Source: a virus. From it: a DNA stretch of 38,412 nt. How positions within the stretch are numbered: the first letter of the stretch is position 1; every line of letters begins with the position of its first letter. Below, piece after piece: positions 1-9,938 of this stretch. The notes under the pieces are model-generated. The model did not search any database and had not been told where the DNA came from. It worked only from the letters and a program-made list of their open reading frames with translations. Where the stretch lies: the UHGV virus genome UHGV-0246730. One strand, written 5' to 3'. The position numbers and the translations under genes are program-made.

Positions 1-16
1 AATCAAATATGGATGA
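1..16 (+). CDS. terL: C-terminal end of terminase large subunit (continues from 37076..38412 across the window junction)
   Basis: End of window ...ATC AGT CGC TT joins A ATC AAA TAT GGA TGA, giving ...DSFEYTFERYISRLIKYG* in frame; TGA overlaps the portal ATG (ATGA). Confidence 0.85.
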
Positions 17-1473
17 GAGGTGGTGAGATATTGACTTATACAAAAATGCTCTTGATGATCCAAAAAGCACTGCAACATACGACTATTGACTGGTGTTTAT
101 CATCAGAAATGGCTAATCAAATTGATCTATGGACGCGAATGTTTGAGAATCGAGCCCCCTGGTTGAGTAAAACAGTTGAGAGTGCGGGGCTGTCAGCTGC
201 AATCGCGAGTGAAGTGGCCCGACTAATCACGTTGGAACTAGTAACAGAGGTCTCTGGGTCTGCTAGGGCAACATATATCAACGATGCGTATCAAAAGACG
301 GTCAAAAAATTACGACAATATGTAGAGTATGGTTGCGCAAAAGGCGGATTGATCTTTAAGCCTTATTATACGCATGATGGGATTGACGTGCAAATGTTGC
401 AGGCGGATAGCTTTTTCCCGGTCACTTTTGATGGATCGGGGGCAATCTCGCAGTGTATCTTTCTGGAACAGTTTCGGATTGGCAATAAGATTTATAGCCG
501 CATTGAGATGCACACTTTGCAGGGTACAAAGTTGATCATCGAGAATCATGTTTTTGTGAGTACAAACAATTTTAGCCTTGGTAGTGAGATTCCGATTACG
601 TCGGTGAAACGGTGGCGGGATATTGCGCAGAGCCTTGTGGTTGACGGTGTGACACGGTTGCCCTTCGGATATTTTAAATTTCCGCTGGCCAATACACGGG
701 ATTCAGACAGCCCACTGGGCGTATCGGTGTACTCTCGGGCGATTGGGTTGATCCGAGAGGCGGATCGGCGGTACAGTCAAATTAACTGGGAATACGAGGC
801 TAAAGAAGCTGCCGTCCATGCTGCAACTAGCATGATGCGATATAATCCGGATACGGATAAATTCGAATACCCAGGAGGCAAAGATCGTCTATATCGGACC
901 GTCGAAGTCAACAGCGGGGCCACCGAGAAGCCGTTGCTGGAAGAGTACTCACCCGATATTCGGGATGCTTCGCTGTATAATGGCTGGAATCAGCAAATGC
1001 GGATGATCGAATTTAATTGTGGACTGGCCTATGGTACGCTGTCCGATCCAAACAACGTAGATAAAACGGCAGAGGAAATTCGTTCCAGCAAACAGCGATC
1101 CTATCAAATGATTTCCGACGCGCAGGGGGCCTTGCAAAATGCGCTTGAGGACCTGATCGAGGCAATTGATTTTTATTGCACACTCTATGACTTGGCCCCT
1201 GCCGGGCGATATGCTACATCGTTTAAGTGGGATGACTCCATTATTACAGATACAAATGCAATAGTTGACACTAACATCAAATTAACACAAGCCAGTTTAC
1301 GGTCTAAACTTAGAGCTATCATGGAAATCAATCGATGCAGCGAGGAGGATGCACAGTTGGAATTGGATCGGATCGCAGGGGAGGGACAAATCACGGGACA
1401 AGATATAGATTGGACAGAGGGCGATAAAGAAGAGGCTACAGATGAATCCACTGATGAATCAGACGGCAGCTGA
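13..1473 (+). CDS. Phage portal protein (A118/SPP1-like)
   Basis: 486-aa ORF directly after terL; portal-like motifs SPLGVSVYSRA, CGLAYGTLSD, KTAEEI, FKWDDSII; alternative TTG start at 31 behind RBS GAGAGGTGG. Confidence 0.9.
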   Translation: MRGGEILTYTKMLLMIQKALQHTTIDWCLSSEMANQIDLWTRMFENRAPWLSKTVESAGLSAAIASEVARLITLELVTEVSGSARATYINDAYQKTVKKLRQYVEYGCAKGGLIFKPYYTHDGIDVQMLQADSFFPVTFDGSGAISQCIFLEQFRIGNKIYSRIEMHTLQGTKLIIENHVFVSTNNFSLGSEIPITSVKRWRDIAQSLVVDGVTRLPFGYFKFPLANTRDSDSPLGVSVYSRAIGLIREADRRYSQINWEYEAKEAAVHAATSMMRYNPDTDKFEYPGGKDRLYRTVEVNSGATEKPLLEEYSPDIRDASLYNGWNQQMRMIEFNCGLAYGTLSDPNNVDKTAEEIRSSKQRSYQMISDAQGALQNALEDLIEAIDFYCTLYDLAPAGRYATSFKWDDSIITDTNAIVDTNIKLTQASLRSKLRAIMEINRCSEEDAQLELDRIAGEGQITGQDIDWTEGDKEEATDESTDESDGS

Positions 1474-2701
1474 TGCTACGACAGGGCTCTATCAAGATTT
1501 AGAAGAGCGTTTGATGATGAATATCATTCGGCACTGCAAAGACTACAATCAGCCAATCGCTTCGGATGTATGGCTAATGCGCAAACTGGCCGAAATTGGA
1601 AAGCTCAACCAGGAGAACCTCAAGATTATTGCGGACACGGCTGGATTGTCGCAGACTGTGCTAGAACGCATGTTAGACGCTACGGCGCAGGAAGCGATTG
1701 CGGAAATGGAACCCGGAATGCAAAAGCTTGCTAGGCAAGGGCTCGCAGGTGAGGCGATTTCGGCCGAAAAAAGTAAGAATATCAAGCAGACCATGAAGGG
1801 TCTCCAAAACCAGGCGCAGAGCACTTTGAATCTCTGTAATACCACAATGCTGTACAAAGCAAAATCTGCGTATGAAAAGTTTGTGCAGGCAGTCGCCACA
1901 TCAGCGGATGAAATCTCAAATAAGCAGTCATTTTTGGATCGCCTGGGGCATCATGCATCAGCATCCGTAGTGGGGGCTGAGTCGCGACAACAGGCAATGC
2001 GCAAATGCATCAAGGATTTCAATGAGCGCGGAATTCCGGCGTTTGTGGATAAAAGAGGGCGCGAGTGGACGCCAGAGGCATATGTCAATATGGCGCTGCG
2101 AAATACGGTTAAAAACGTAGCAGATGAAGTTCAAACAGCACGTTGCATAGACTATGATATTCGACTGATTGAGATTGATTCTCACTCTGGCGCTCGGCCG
2201 AAATGCGCAAAGGATCAAGGCAAAATCTACAGTTTGGACAACAAAAGTGGGTATACAACGGATGCATCCGGAAAAAAAGTTCGATATTATCCTTGGAATA
2301 GCACCAGCTATGGGGAGCCGGATGGCATCCTGGGAATCAACTGCACACATCACAAATGGCCTTTTGTTCCTGGAGTATCTATGCGGACATATTTCCCGGT
2401 TGATGATCAGGCGGCTAGCGACAGATTGTATAAAGAGACGCAGGTACAACGAGCCCTTGAGCGAGATGTTCGCAAGCAAAAACGAGAGTGCATGTTGCAT
2501 GATCAAATTGGAGATAAGGAGGCATTTGAAAATGCTGCTGTCACCTTGAAGCAGAAGGAAACTAAGCTGAAACAATATGTTGACGGAAATCCGGATTTGC
2601 ACCGTCGTAAGGATCGGGAACAGGTAGTTGGATTTGATAAGCGGATTAGCGCTCAAGCAGTGGCAGCGAACAAAAAACATTTGACCGGGCCGAAGTCGTA
2701 A
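1442..2701 (+). CDS. Phage minor capsid / head morphogenesis protein (MuF-like)
   Basis: Follows portal; motifs SHSGARPKCAKDQGKIYS, YGEPDGILGINCTH, QRALERDVRKQKR. Confidence 0.85.
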   Translation: MNPLMNQTAADATTGLYQDLEERLMMNIIRHCKDYNQPIASDVWLMRKLAEIGKLNQENLKIIADTAGLSQTVLERMLDATAQEAIAEMEPGMQKLARQGLAGEAISAEKSKNIKQTMKGLQNQAQSTLNLCNTTMLYKAKSAYEKFVQAVATSADEISNKQSFLDRLGHHASASVVGAESRQQAMRKCIKDFNERGIPAFVDKRGREWTPEAYVNMALRNTVKNVADEVQTARCIDYDIRLIEIDSHSGARPKCAKDQGKIYSLDNKSGYTTDASGKKVRYYPWNSTSYGEPDGILGINCTHHKWPFVPGVSMRTYFPVDDQAASDRLYKETQVQRALERDVRKQKRECMLHDQIGDKEAFENAAVTLKQKETKLKQYVDGNPDLHRRKDREQVVGFDKRISAQAVAANKKHLTGPKS

Positions 2702-2758
2702 AACTACGGAGCCAATGGGAGCGACCCCGTAAAAAGCGTATGGAGAGAGGAGATTAAC

Positions 2759-3295
2759 ATGCAGCGGAAATTCTTGGAAGGATTAGGGTTGGAAAAAGAA
2801 GTCATTGATAGGATCATGGATGCCAATGGATCAGACGTGGAAAGAATGAAGGGTGAGCGAGACGAATATAAGCGGCAGCTCATTGAAGCCCAAACAACGC
2901 TGAAAAGCTTTGAAGGCGTCGATGTGAAGGAACTGCAAGACAGAATTGCCAAATTGACTGATGATCTAAAAACAAAGGATGCAGATTATCAGCAAAAATT
3001 GGCAGATCGAGATTTTGCAGATATTTTACGAGACGAAATCATCGCATCCGGCGCAAAAAATGCAAAAGCTGTCATGGCTCTTTTGGATCAGGACATGCTG
3101 AAAGCTAGTAAGAATCAAAAAGAGGATATCCAGAAGGCGTTGGAAACGGTCAAGCAAGAAAACGACTACCTATTTCAAGGCACAAAGCCAGTTCCACGGG
3201 TAGTATCAACGACGTCGGGACCCAGCCCAGCAGCAGAAGACAAAAAAACACAGGCAAATGAGGCTTTGAGAAGTCTCTTTGGGAGAGGAGAATAA
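2759..3295 (+). CDS. Capsid scaffolding protein (Phage_GP20-like)
   Basis: MQRKFLEGLGLEKEVIDRIM start, coiled coil, GAKNAKAVMALLD and ENDYLF motifs; upstream of the major capsid gene. Confidence 0.85.
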   Translation: MQRKFLEGLGLEKEVIDRIMDANGSDVERMKGERDEYKRQLIEAQTTLKSFEGVDVKELQDRIAKLTDDLKTKDADYQQKLADRDFADILRDEIIASGAKNAKAVMALLDQDMLKASKNQKEDIQKALETVKQENDYLFQGTKPVPRVVSTTSGPSPAAEDKKTQANEALRSLFGRGE

Positions 3296-3298
3296 TTT

Positions 3299-4492
3299 AT
3301 GCCAGTTGATATCACAAGACGTCAAGACGCGGAAGCAATCATCCGCGAACAGGTAGTGCAAACAATTTTTCAGGACGCACCAAAACAGTCTGCTTTTATG
3401 AGCATGGCGAAAAAACTGCCCAACATGACAAGCAAGCAAACTCGCATCCGAGTACTGGATTTTCTGCCCACAGCGTATTGGGTTGACGGAGATACCGGGA
3501 TGAAACAAACGACAAGACAGGCGTGGGATAATGTATATCTGACAGCCGGAGAGTTGGCAGTCATTGTACCAATCTCGGAGGCGGTATTAGATGACGCAGA
3601 ATTTGACATTATGGGAGAGATTACGCCGAGAGTCAACGAGGCTATTGGCCAAAAGGTTGATGCTGCTGTTATTTTTGGCGTTAATCGTCCACGTGAGTGG
3701 CAAAATGATATTATTACAATGGCGCGGCAGGCGGGGAATAATGTAGCTCCTGCAACCGGAAAAGATTATTACGATTTCATCCTTGGCGAGGATGGTATTT
3801 TTGCAAAAGTTGAGTCGGATGGATATGGGGTGAGCGGTGCGCTTGCTGGCATGACGATGAAGGCAAAATTAAGGGGGCTGCGGGACACAACAGGACAGCC
3901 GATCTTTAAGAGCAACATGCAGGAAAAAGCAACATATACACTGGACGGTGCGCAAATGTATTTTCCGGAAAATGGAGCTTTTGATCCTACGATTGCCCAG
4001 CTCGTAGTTGGAGATTTTAAGCAGGCAGTTTTTGCAATTCGACAGGACGTAACGGTCAAGATTTTAGACCAGGGCGTGATTCAAGACCCAACGACAAAGG
4101 AAATCGTATATAATCTGGCGCAACAAGATATGATTGCCTTGCGAGTTGTGTTTCGGATGGGTTGGGCGCTGCCGAACCCGGCAACAAGGCTTAATGAGGA
4201 TCGTACGGGATGCCCATTTGCTTATCTGGAACCAGGGACGCCTGCGACAACGCAGAAGGTTACATTTACAGTTACGGATAATGCTAGTACACCAGTTGCT
4301 GTTGCGGGTGCAAGAGTCAATGTCAATGGCTCAATTTTGACCACGGCCGCAAACGGTAAAGTTGAATTTAATTTAAGGGCTGGAACTTATCCTGTAAAGG
4401 TTTCTAAGAAGGGTTATGCCGCAGTAAACGATTCGGTGGTAGTCGAAAGCGCGGCGGTCACAAAAGCTATTACTTTGGCCGAACAGGTATAA
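3299..4492 (+). CDS. Major capsid protein (HK97 fold) with C-terminal Ig-like domain
   Basis: AYWVDGDTG, ELAVIVPISE, LRGLRDTTGQPIF, VVGDF, NLAQQDMIALR; last ~85 aa are beta-rich (TTAANGKVEFNLRAGTYPVKVSKKGY). Confidence 0.9.
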   Translation: MPVDITRRQDAEAIIREQVVQTIFQDAPKQSAFMSMAKKLPNMTSKQTRIRVLDFLPTAYWVDGDTGMKQTTRQAWDNVYLTAGELAVIVPISEAVLDDAEFDIMGEITPRVNEAIGQKVDAAVIFGVNRPREWQNDIITMARQAGNNVAPATGKDYYDFILGEDGIFAKVESDGYGVSGALAGMTMKAKLRGLRDTTGQPIFKSNMQEKATYTLDGAQMYFPENGAFDPTIAQLVVGDFKQAVFAIRQDVTVKILDQGVIQDPTTKEIVYNLAQQDMIALRVVFRMGWALPNPATRLNEDRTGCPFAYLEPGTPATTQKVTFTVTDNASTPVAVAGARVNVNGSILTTAANGKVEFNLRAGTYPVKVSKKGYAAVNDSVVVESAAVTKAITLAEQV

Positions 4493-4507
4493 ATCGGAGG
4501 CAGTGGA

Positions 4508-4894
4508 ATGCCATATGTAGACTATCAGTATTACTGCGATGTGTATATGGGGGAGCCGGTTGAAGAAACCGACTTCCCTCGGCTCTGCCTACGCGCATCC
4601 GATATGGTTGAGCAATTGACGGTATATAATTTATCGGTTAGTACGTTTGCGAAGCTGCCCGAACAGATGCAGGATTTTGTTAAAAAGGCTGTATGCGCAC
4701 AAATCGAATACATTGACGCAAATGGGCAAAGCGAACTGTACACAAGTAACGGAATTCAGAGTGCAGGATTGGGAAAGTTTAGCTATACGACTGGTGGGGC
4801 AATGGGTGATTTAACAGGAGGTACAAGGTATGCGCCCCTAGCCGTCTCTTATTTGGCCCCGACAGGACTTTTATATCGAGGTGGGCGGATATGA
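4508..4894 (+). CDS. Head-tail connector (adaptor) protein
   Basis: MPYVDYQYY start, VKKAVCAQIEY, TGLLYRG end; position after capsid. Confidence 0.8.
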   Translation: MPYVDYQYYCDVYMGEPVEETDFPRLCLRASDMVEQLTVYNLSVSTFAKLPEQMQDFVKKAVCAQIEYIDANGQSELYTSNGIQSAGLGKFSYTTGGAMGDLTGGTRYAPLAVSYLAPTGLLYRGGRI

Positions 4895-5232
4895 GGCCAA
4901 TACCAAAAAAATTGCTCATCCACACGGCAACTCTCCACAAGGTCATTGACAAGGATCGGTGGGGAAATGAGAGCCTGGATGATGGAACGGCATTGCGGTT
5001 TATCCGCATGGAGCCGTCGTCGAAAATTGTCCGCGATAAAAATAACGCCGAAATTCAGTTAGCGGCTACGCTGTTTTACGACTGCCACAATAGTCAACCG
5101 CAGGGACTTGAATTTGCAACAGATGATATCATCATGTTTGGTGCTCAAAAGCACAGTGTACAGATAATAGAGCCTCTATATGACGAGGGGCGACTGCATC
5201 ATTATGAGTTGGGGTTGATCAAACATGCCTAG
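4891..5232 (+). CDS. Head closure protein (minor capsid family)
   Basis: MRPIPKKLLIH...LHHYELGL, typical of A118-like head completion genes; synteny. Confidence 0.75.
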   Translation: MRPIPKKLLIHTATLHKVIDKDRWGNESLDDGTALRFIRMEPSSKIVRDKNNAEIQLAATLFYDCHNSQPQGLEFATDDIIMFGAQKHSVQIIEPLYDEGRLHHYELGLIKHA

Positions 5233-5632
5233 TGTAAAGGTCAAAATTAATTTTGCCAAAGCAGCGACAGTGGCAAAACTGAGGACGATGAATCAAGATG
5301 CGCTAACGCAAACAGGAATACAGGCTCTCAAGGACATTACGCAGCACGTGCCAAAGGATCAAGGCGATCTCCGAAATAGCGGAATTGCGCATAGCGATAT
5401 AAAGGCTAAAAATGGAGTTTTTACGCTGCGATGGGATGAACCCTACGCACAGTATTTGTTCCATGGCGAGGTCATGCATGGCAATCCCACGAGTCGCACA
5501 TATGGTCCCGAAAAGCTCAAATTTACAGCCGCGCTAGCCCGCATGGAATGGACAAAATACGCAGCCGAAGCATACGGGGATCGGTGGCAGACCGTATATC
5601 AGGCAGCCCTTAGAGAGGAGATGCGAAATTGA
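5225..5632 (+). CDS. Neck/tail completion protein (minor capsid family)
   Basis: HVPKDQGDLRNSG and WDEPYAQYLFHG motifs; synteny. Confidence 0.75.
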   Translation: MPSVKVKINFAKAATVAKLRTMNQDALTQTGIQALKDITQHVPKDQGDLRNSGIAHSDIKAKNGVFTLRWDEPYAQYLFHGEVMHGNPTSRTYGPEKLKFTAALARMEWTKYAAEAYGDRWQTVYQAALREEMRN

Positions 5633-6018
5633 CTCCACAAGTCGATTTTATGCAGGAACTAGCCAAAGCGGCTGAACAAAACTGTGATTTGGATAGCAAT
5701 ATATCGCTGGAAGAGTTGTCACCGGGAAATAGTCTCTATGCAGAGTTGGGAGATGGATATACGGAAACAACCTACTGGGACAAACAAACAGTACGGATGA
5801 TACCCGTGCTTTTTTTGAGTCGTCATATTGACCAGACTCGATGCCTTGACCAGCTAGCTAGCATTTGTAACTACTTCCAGCGGCTAAAAAAGTATCCGCA
5901 AGGGCAATCTTTTGCTTGGCTGGATGCAACAATTGCAAAAGAGCCATCCAAAATTGGCAGGGACGAGGATGGTATGTATCACTACTCCTGTATCCTCAAT
6001 TGCAAACTTTATTTTTAA
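5629..6018 (+). CDS. Tail terminator-like protein
   Basis: Position before major tail gene; PSKIGRDEDGMYHYS motif; TTG start overlaps upstream stop. Confidence 0.65.
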   Translation: MTPQVDFMQELAKAAEQNCDLDSNISLEELSPGNSLYAELGDGYTETTYWDKQTVRMIPVLFLSRHIDQTRCLDQLASICNYFQRLKKYPQGQSFAWLDATIAKEPSKIGRDEDGMYHYSCILNCKLYF

Positions 6019-6039
6019 ATCAGGAAAGGATGATGAAAA

Positions 6040-6510
6040 ATGGCAGAGCCAACATTACCTAAGAATACAATCACCCCAGAAATGAACTGGGAAACATCGG
6101 CCTATATCAACACATCTCCCGATACCGAAACCCCAGCATGGGCGGATTTGGGAGCTTTGACAAAAAACATGTCCCAAAGCCTAAATGAGGTCCTATACCA
6201 GGCAACATATTGGGCCGATAAGGGCTGGGGCAGTACAGAGGTCACGGGTGCGCAGATGACATTGACGCTTACGGGTGACGTCAAACCTGGGGATGAGGCT
6301 AGCGCATATCTGTTATCGGATGATGTGTTGTATGGCCTCGGAAACGCACGAAAGACACACTTAAAACTAACGAAGGGCGATAAGATTATTATTTGGCCTG
6401 TTACGCTTGCCAATATTACGCCGGCATATGGAGACTCCGGGGCGGTCAATGCGCTGACAGTCACAATCCACGGCAACGGCAAGCCCGTAATTGGCACAAC
6501 AGGAGCATGA
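6040..6510 (+). CDS. Major tail tube protein
   Basis: 156 aa, GWGSTEVTGAQMTLTLTG, TIHGNGKP end; strong RBS; followed by terminator. Confidence 0.8.
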   Translation: MAEPTLPKNTITPEMNWETSAYINTSPDTETPAWADLGALTKNMSQSLNEVLYQATYWADKGWGSTEVTGAQMTLTLTGDVKPGDEASAYLLSDDVLYGLGNARKTHLKLTKGDKIIIWPVTLANITPAYGDSGAVNALTVTIHGNGKPVIGTTGA

Positions 6511-6535
6511 GAGGGGCTGTAATGGCCCCTTTTTA
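6511..6535 (+). terminator. Rho-independent terminator after major tail gene
   Basis: GAGGGGC-TGTAATG-GCCCCTT then T-run. Confidence 0.7.
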
Positions 6536-6556
6536 AATTAATCAGGAGGACACAAT

Positions 6557-6979
6557 ATGGCATATCAGGCTAAGCGTGCAAAAAATCAAACAGAAATATT
6601 TGAACTTATCAACGACGATGGCGAGGTTGTCAATCATTTTGAGGTGCGAATTGATGCAGGTGGCTTTGGAAAACGTCTGTCCGAAAAATATGTTGAGCTC
6701 AGTCGGGCGCTGGCCGCGTGCCAACAAATACAAACAAAAACAATTGATCCGTCTGATGTAGATAGAGTGATGGAGACAGTGGGGCTTGCAGTGACCGATA
6801 TCCTGTATACTGTTTTCGGAGAAGCGGATGCCCGTAAAATCATCCAATTTTATGACAAGAACTATGTAGAGATGTGTCAAGAGGTGATGCCCTTTGTAAC
6901 AGAGACCGTTTTGCCTAAGGCGCGCAAACTTGGCCAGGCGAATCGAAAACAAGCAATACAATCGTACACAAAAGGGTGA
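6557..6979 (+). CDS. Tail assembly chaperone
   Basis: Between tail tube and tape measure; RBS AGGAGG. Confidence 0.7.
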   Translation: MAYQAKRAKNQTEIFELINDDGEVVNHFEVRIDAGGFGKRLSEKYVELSRALAACQQIQTKTIDPSDVDRVMETVGLAVTDILYTVFGEADARKIIQFYDKNYVEMCQEVMPFVTETVLPKARKLGQANRKQAIQSYTKG

Positions 6980-6983
6980 TCCT

Positions 6984-7577
6984 ATGGGTTTTTTGACCGA
7001 CCGGCAAGATACAATCATCCGGTATCGGCATCATAAATATCAGGTAAATCCGGCCTATGATATAGTCCTGCGTATGCAGCAAATGTACGAGGATGAACGC
7101 TTGGGGGATCTGGATAAGCTCAATACAGCACTGGCCATGCTAGTCGTTCGGCCTAAAAAAATCTGTCTGTCTATTGATGGTAAGATCGGCCTACTACAGG
7201 CAATAACAAACCACTGTATAAAAACGCCAGATCGCCCTATTGTGGGAAAACAGCAAAAGCTTTTTGACTTTGATCATGATGGGGAGTATATTTACTCTTC
7301 TTTTTTAATGGATTATGGGCTAGACTTGATGGCAATGCAGGGCCGGCTCTCATGGAAAAAGTTTATCGCTTTGTTTCAGGGGCTCTCGGATAAAACAAAA
7401 ATCAAAGAGGTTATGCGAATTCGCGGGATGGAGATTCCGGCGCCAACCAAAAGCAACAAAAAAGAAATTCAGAACATCCTGGAACTAAAAGCCTACTATG
7501 CACTCCCTGCTAAAGGGCAAAATGGGCAAGGAGGCTTAGATGCGCTATTTGCTATGCTGGAGAGGGCCGCAAGGTAG
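6984..7577 (+). CDS. Gp15-like tail assembly protein (A118 gp15 family)
   Basis: FDFDHDGEYIYSSFLMDYGLDL, LSWKKFIALFQGL, IKEVMRIR, YYAL motifs; RBS AAGGGTGA before ATG 6984. Confidence 0.8.
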   Translation: MGFLTDRQDTIIRYRHHKYQVNPAYDIVLRMQQMYEDERLGDLDKLNTALAMLVVRPKKICLSIDGKIGLLQAITNHCIKTPDRPIVGKQQKLFDFDHDGEYIYSSFLMDYGLDLMAMQGRLSWKKFIALFQGLSDKTKIKEVMRIRGMEIPAPTKSNKKEIQNILELKAYYALPAKGQNGQGGLDALFAMLERAAR

Positions 7578-7583
7578 GAGGTG

Positions 7584-9938
7584 ATGGCAGTGGCAAAAGA
7601 GGGCGAAGTGATCTATGAACTTCGCGGCGATGACAGCAATCTGGAAAAAGACCTCAATGACGCAGAAAAAAAGGTCGAACAATCGGCAAAGAAAACTGGG
7701 GAGACGTCTGAAAAGTATGAAAAAGAGACGGGCGAAACTCAGAAAAAAGTCAAAGAGGACGTCACGCAACACCATAAGCAACAGAATGATGAGCGTGAAA
7801 AAGACGATGAAGATTCTAGTCATCAACGTGAAGAGACCGCAAAAACGCATGGCGAGAAGCTGAAAAGCATAGCTGCGGGGTCCGCAAAGGCTATTGGTGC
7901 TAGTATGGCGGCTGTAGGCACAGCTGCGGTTGGGATTGGTGTGGCTGCGGTCAAGGGCACAAATGATATGGACCAGGCGATGAATGGTTATATCGCCGCG
8001 ACGGGAAAAAGCAAAGAGGAAACCGAAAAGTATCAAAGAATTCTCGAAGACATTTACGCGAATAACTATGGCGATAGCTTTGAAGATATTGCAGGTGCCA
8101 TGGCCACTATGCAACAGCAAATGGGCTATATCGACGACAGTGAGCTTCAAGGTCTTGTTGAGTCGGCCTATGCGTTGCGAGATACTTTTGAATACGATAT
8201 CGCAGAGTCATCACGAGCTGCGGCAACAATGATGACGCAATTTGGCATATCAGGCGATGAAGCTATGAGCCTGATTGCGACGGGTGCGCAAAACGGGCTT
8301 GACTATTCGGGGGAGCTCATCGACAGTATCAACGAGTACTCCGTCCAATTTGCTAAAGTCGGACTTGACGCGGACGATATGTTCAAAATTTTTCAAACGG
8401 GCGCTGCTACAGGCGCCTGGAATCTGGACAAGATCGGTGATGCCGTCAAGGAGATGTCAATCCGCGTCATTGATGGGTCTGATACGACAGCGCAAGGATT
8501 TAAAGATATCGGCCTAAATGCGGATAAGATGTCCAAACAATTTGCCGCTGGTGGAGATAGCGCAAAGCAGGCATTCAAAGAGACGGTCAAGGCACTGGCA
8601 AGCGTCAAAGACCCGCTCAAGCAAAATACAGCCGGTGTCGCCCTCTTTGGGACCATGTGGGAAGACCTTGGGCCAGACGTCGTTACGCAGCTAGCCAATA
8701 TCGAGGATGGTGCCTATGACGTAAATGACGCACTAGGCACAATCAAAGAGGTCAAATATGATGATCTGGGTTCTGCGATAGAAGGGGTCCAGCGGAATAT
8801 TGAGTTGATGTTGCAACCTCTAGGGGAGCAGCTCATGCCGATTCTAAATGAGCTCCTATCCTCCGTCATGCCAATGCTAGAGGAAAATGCACCAGTCATC
8901 ATAGAACAAATCATGGGGATTGTAGAGGCATTGGCACCAGTCGTAGAGGCGCTGCTTCCCGTGATCCTAGACCTTATTCAAGAGGTTTTACCGCCGTTGA
9001 CTCAGTTGATATCGGAGATTCTGCCGCCGATCATTGAGTTAATTTCGACTTTGACGCCTCTGGTGGCGGATGTGATTAGTTCAATTTTGCCCATCTTGAT
9101 CGAGCTCTTTGAAAAACTGATCCCGCCAATCATGCAGATTATCCAGGCACTATTGCCGCCTTTAATCGGGCTCATTGATGCGTTGATGCCAATTTTGCAG
9201 ACGCTCATGGACCTATTGGACCCCATTATTGAGCTATTTATTAGTCTTCTAGACCCCATTGTAAACTTGATTAGCGGGGCCTTGACACCACTCGTACAGG
9301 CGCTAGAACCTATTATCAGTGTTATCAAGACTGCGCTTATGCCGATTTTGCGCTCATTGGGGGAGCGTTTTTCGGAGACGTTTGGCGCAATTGCCGAATT
9401 GGTTGGAAATCAAATCAGCACTGTAAAAAACGTATTATCCGGGATTATAGAATTTTTGAGAAATGTATTCACAGGGAACTGGAGAGGCGCCTGGGAAAGC
9501 GTAAAAAAAATATTTGGAAGTATTTGGGAAGGAATTAAAAATGCATTTAAAGTCCCGATCAATTGGATCATCGACGGAATTAACAAATTTTTAAAGGGCC
9601 TCAACAAAATTGAAATACCGGACTGGGTGCCATTAGTTGGGGGCAAGGGATTTGATATCAAATTGATTCCACGGCTCAAGAAGGGCCTGGATTTTGTCCC
9701 TGGCGACTATTTTCCGGCCTATCTGGATTATGGCGAACGCGTGTTGACTCGACAGGAAAACCAAATATATACCGCAATGGGAGGACTGCGAGGAATTGAA
9801 CAGATACTATCAGGTGGTGCGGGAAAATCTACACAAAATACTATGACTATTGAAGTTCCGGTCGTCCTAAACGGACGCGAGATCGCGCGCGTGACGGCAA
9901 AACCGACAGGAGAACGAATGATGTGGGAGGAATTATGA
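7584..9938 (+). CDS. Tail tape measure protein
   Basis: ~784 aa; GAQNGLDYSGELIDSINEYSVQF, GAWNLDKIGDAVKE, LFGTMWEDLG; Pro-punctuated amphipathic repeats; FTGNWRGAWE. Confidence 0.92.
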   Translation: MAVAKEGEVIYELRGDDSNLEKDLNDAEKKVEQSAKKTGETSEKYEKETGETQKKVKEDVTQHHKQQNDEREKDDEDSSHQREETAKTHGEKLKSIAAGSAKAIGASMAAVGTAAVGIGVAAVKGTNDMDQAMNGYIAATGKSKEETEKYQRILEDIYANNYGDSFEDIAGAMATMQQQMGYIDDSELQGLVESAYALRDTFEYDIAESSRAAATMMTQFGISGDEAMSLIATGAQNGLDYSGELIDSINEYSVQFAKVGLDADDMFKIFQTGAATGAWNLDKIGDAVKEMSIRVIDGSDTTAQGFKDIGLNADKMSKQFAAGGDSAKQAFKETVKALASVKDPLKQNTAGVALFGTMWEDLGPDVVTQLANIEDGAYDVNDALGTIKEVKYDDLGSAIEGVQRNIELMLQPLGEQLMPILNELLSSVMPMLEENAPVIIEQIMGIVEALAPVVEALLPVILDLIQEVLPPLTQLISEILPPIIELISTLTPLVADVISSILPILIELFEKLIPPIMQIIQALLPPLIGLIDALMPILQTLMDLLDPIIELFISLLDPIVNLISGALTPLVQALEPIISVIKTALMPILRSLGERFSETFGAIAELVGNQISTVKNVLSGIIEFLRNVFTGNWRGAWESVKKIFGSIWEGIKNAFKVPINWIIDGINKFLKGLNKIEIPDWVPLVGGKGFDIKLIPRLKKGLDFVPGDYFPAYLDYGERVLTRQENQIYTAMGGLRGIEQILSGGAGKSTQNTMTIEVPVVLNGREIARVTAKPTGERMMWEEL

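Noticed and set aside
1442..2701. MuF polymorphic toxin
   Set aside because: The protein ends soon after the head-morphogenesis domain, with no toxin extension or immunity gene
6930..6990. Programmed -1 frameshift between tail chaperone genes at A AAA GGG
   Set aside because: The downstream gene is in the +1 frame, the -1 frame stops within a few codons, and the gp15-like gene has its own RBS and ATG at 6984
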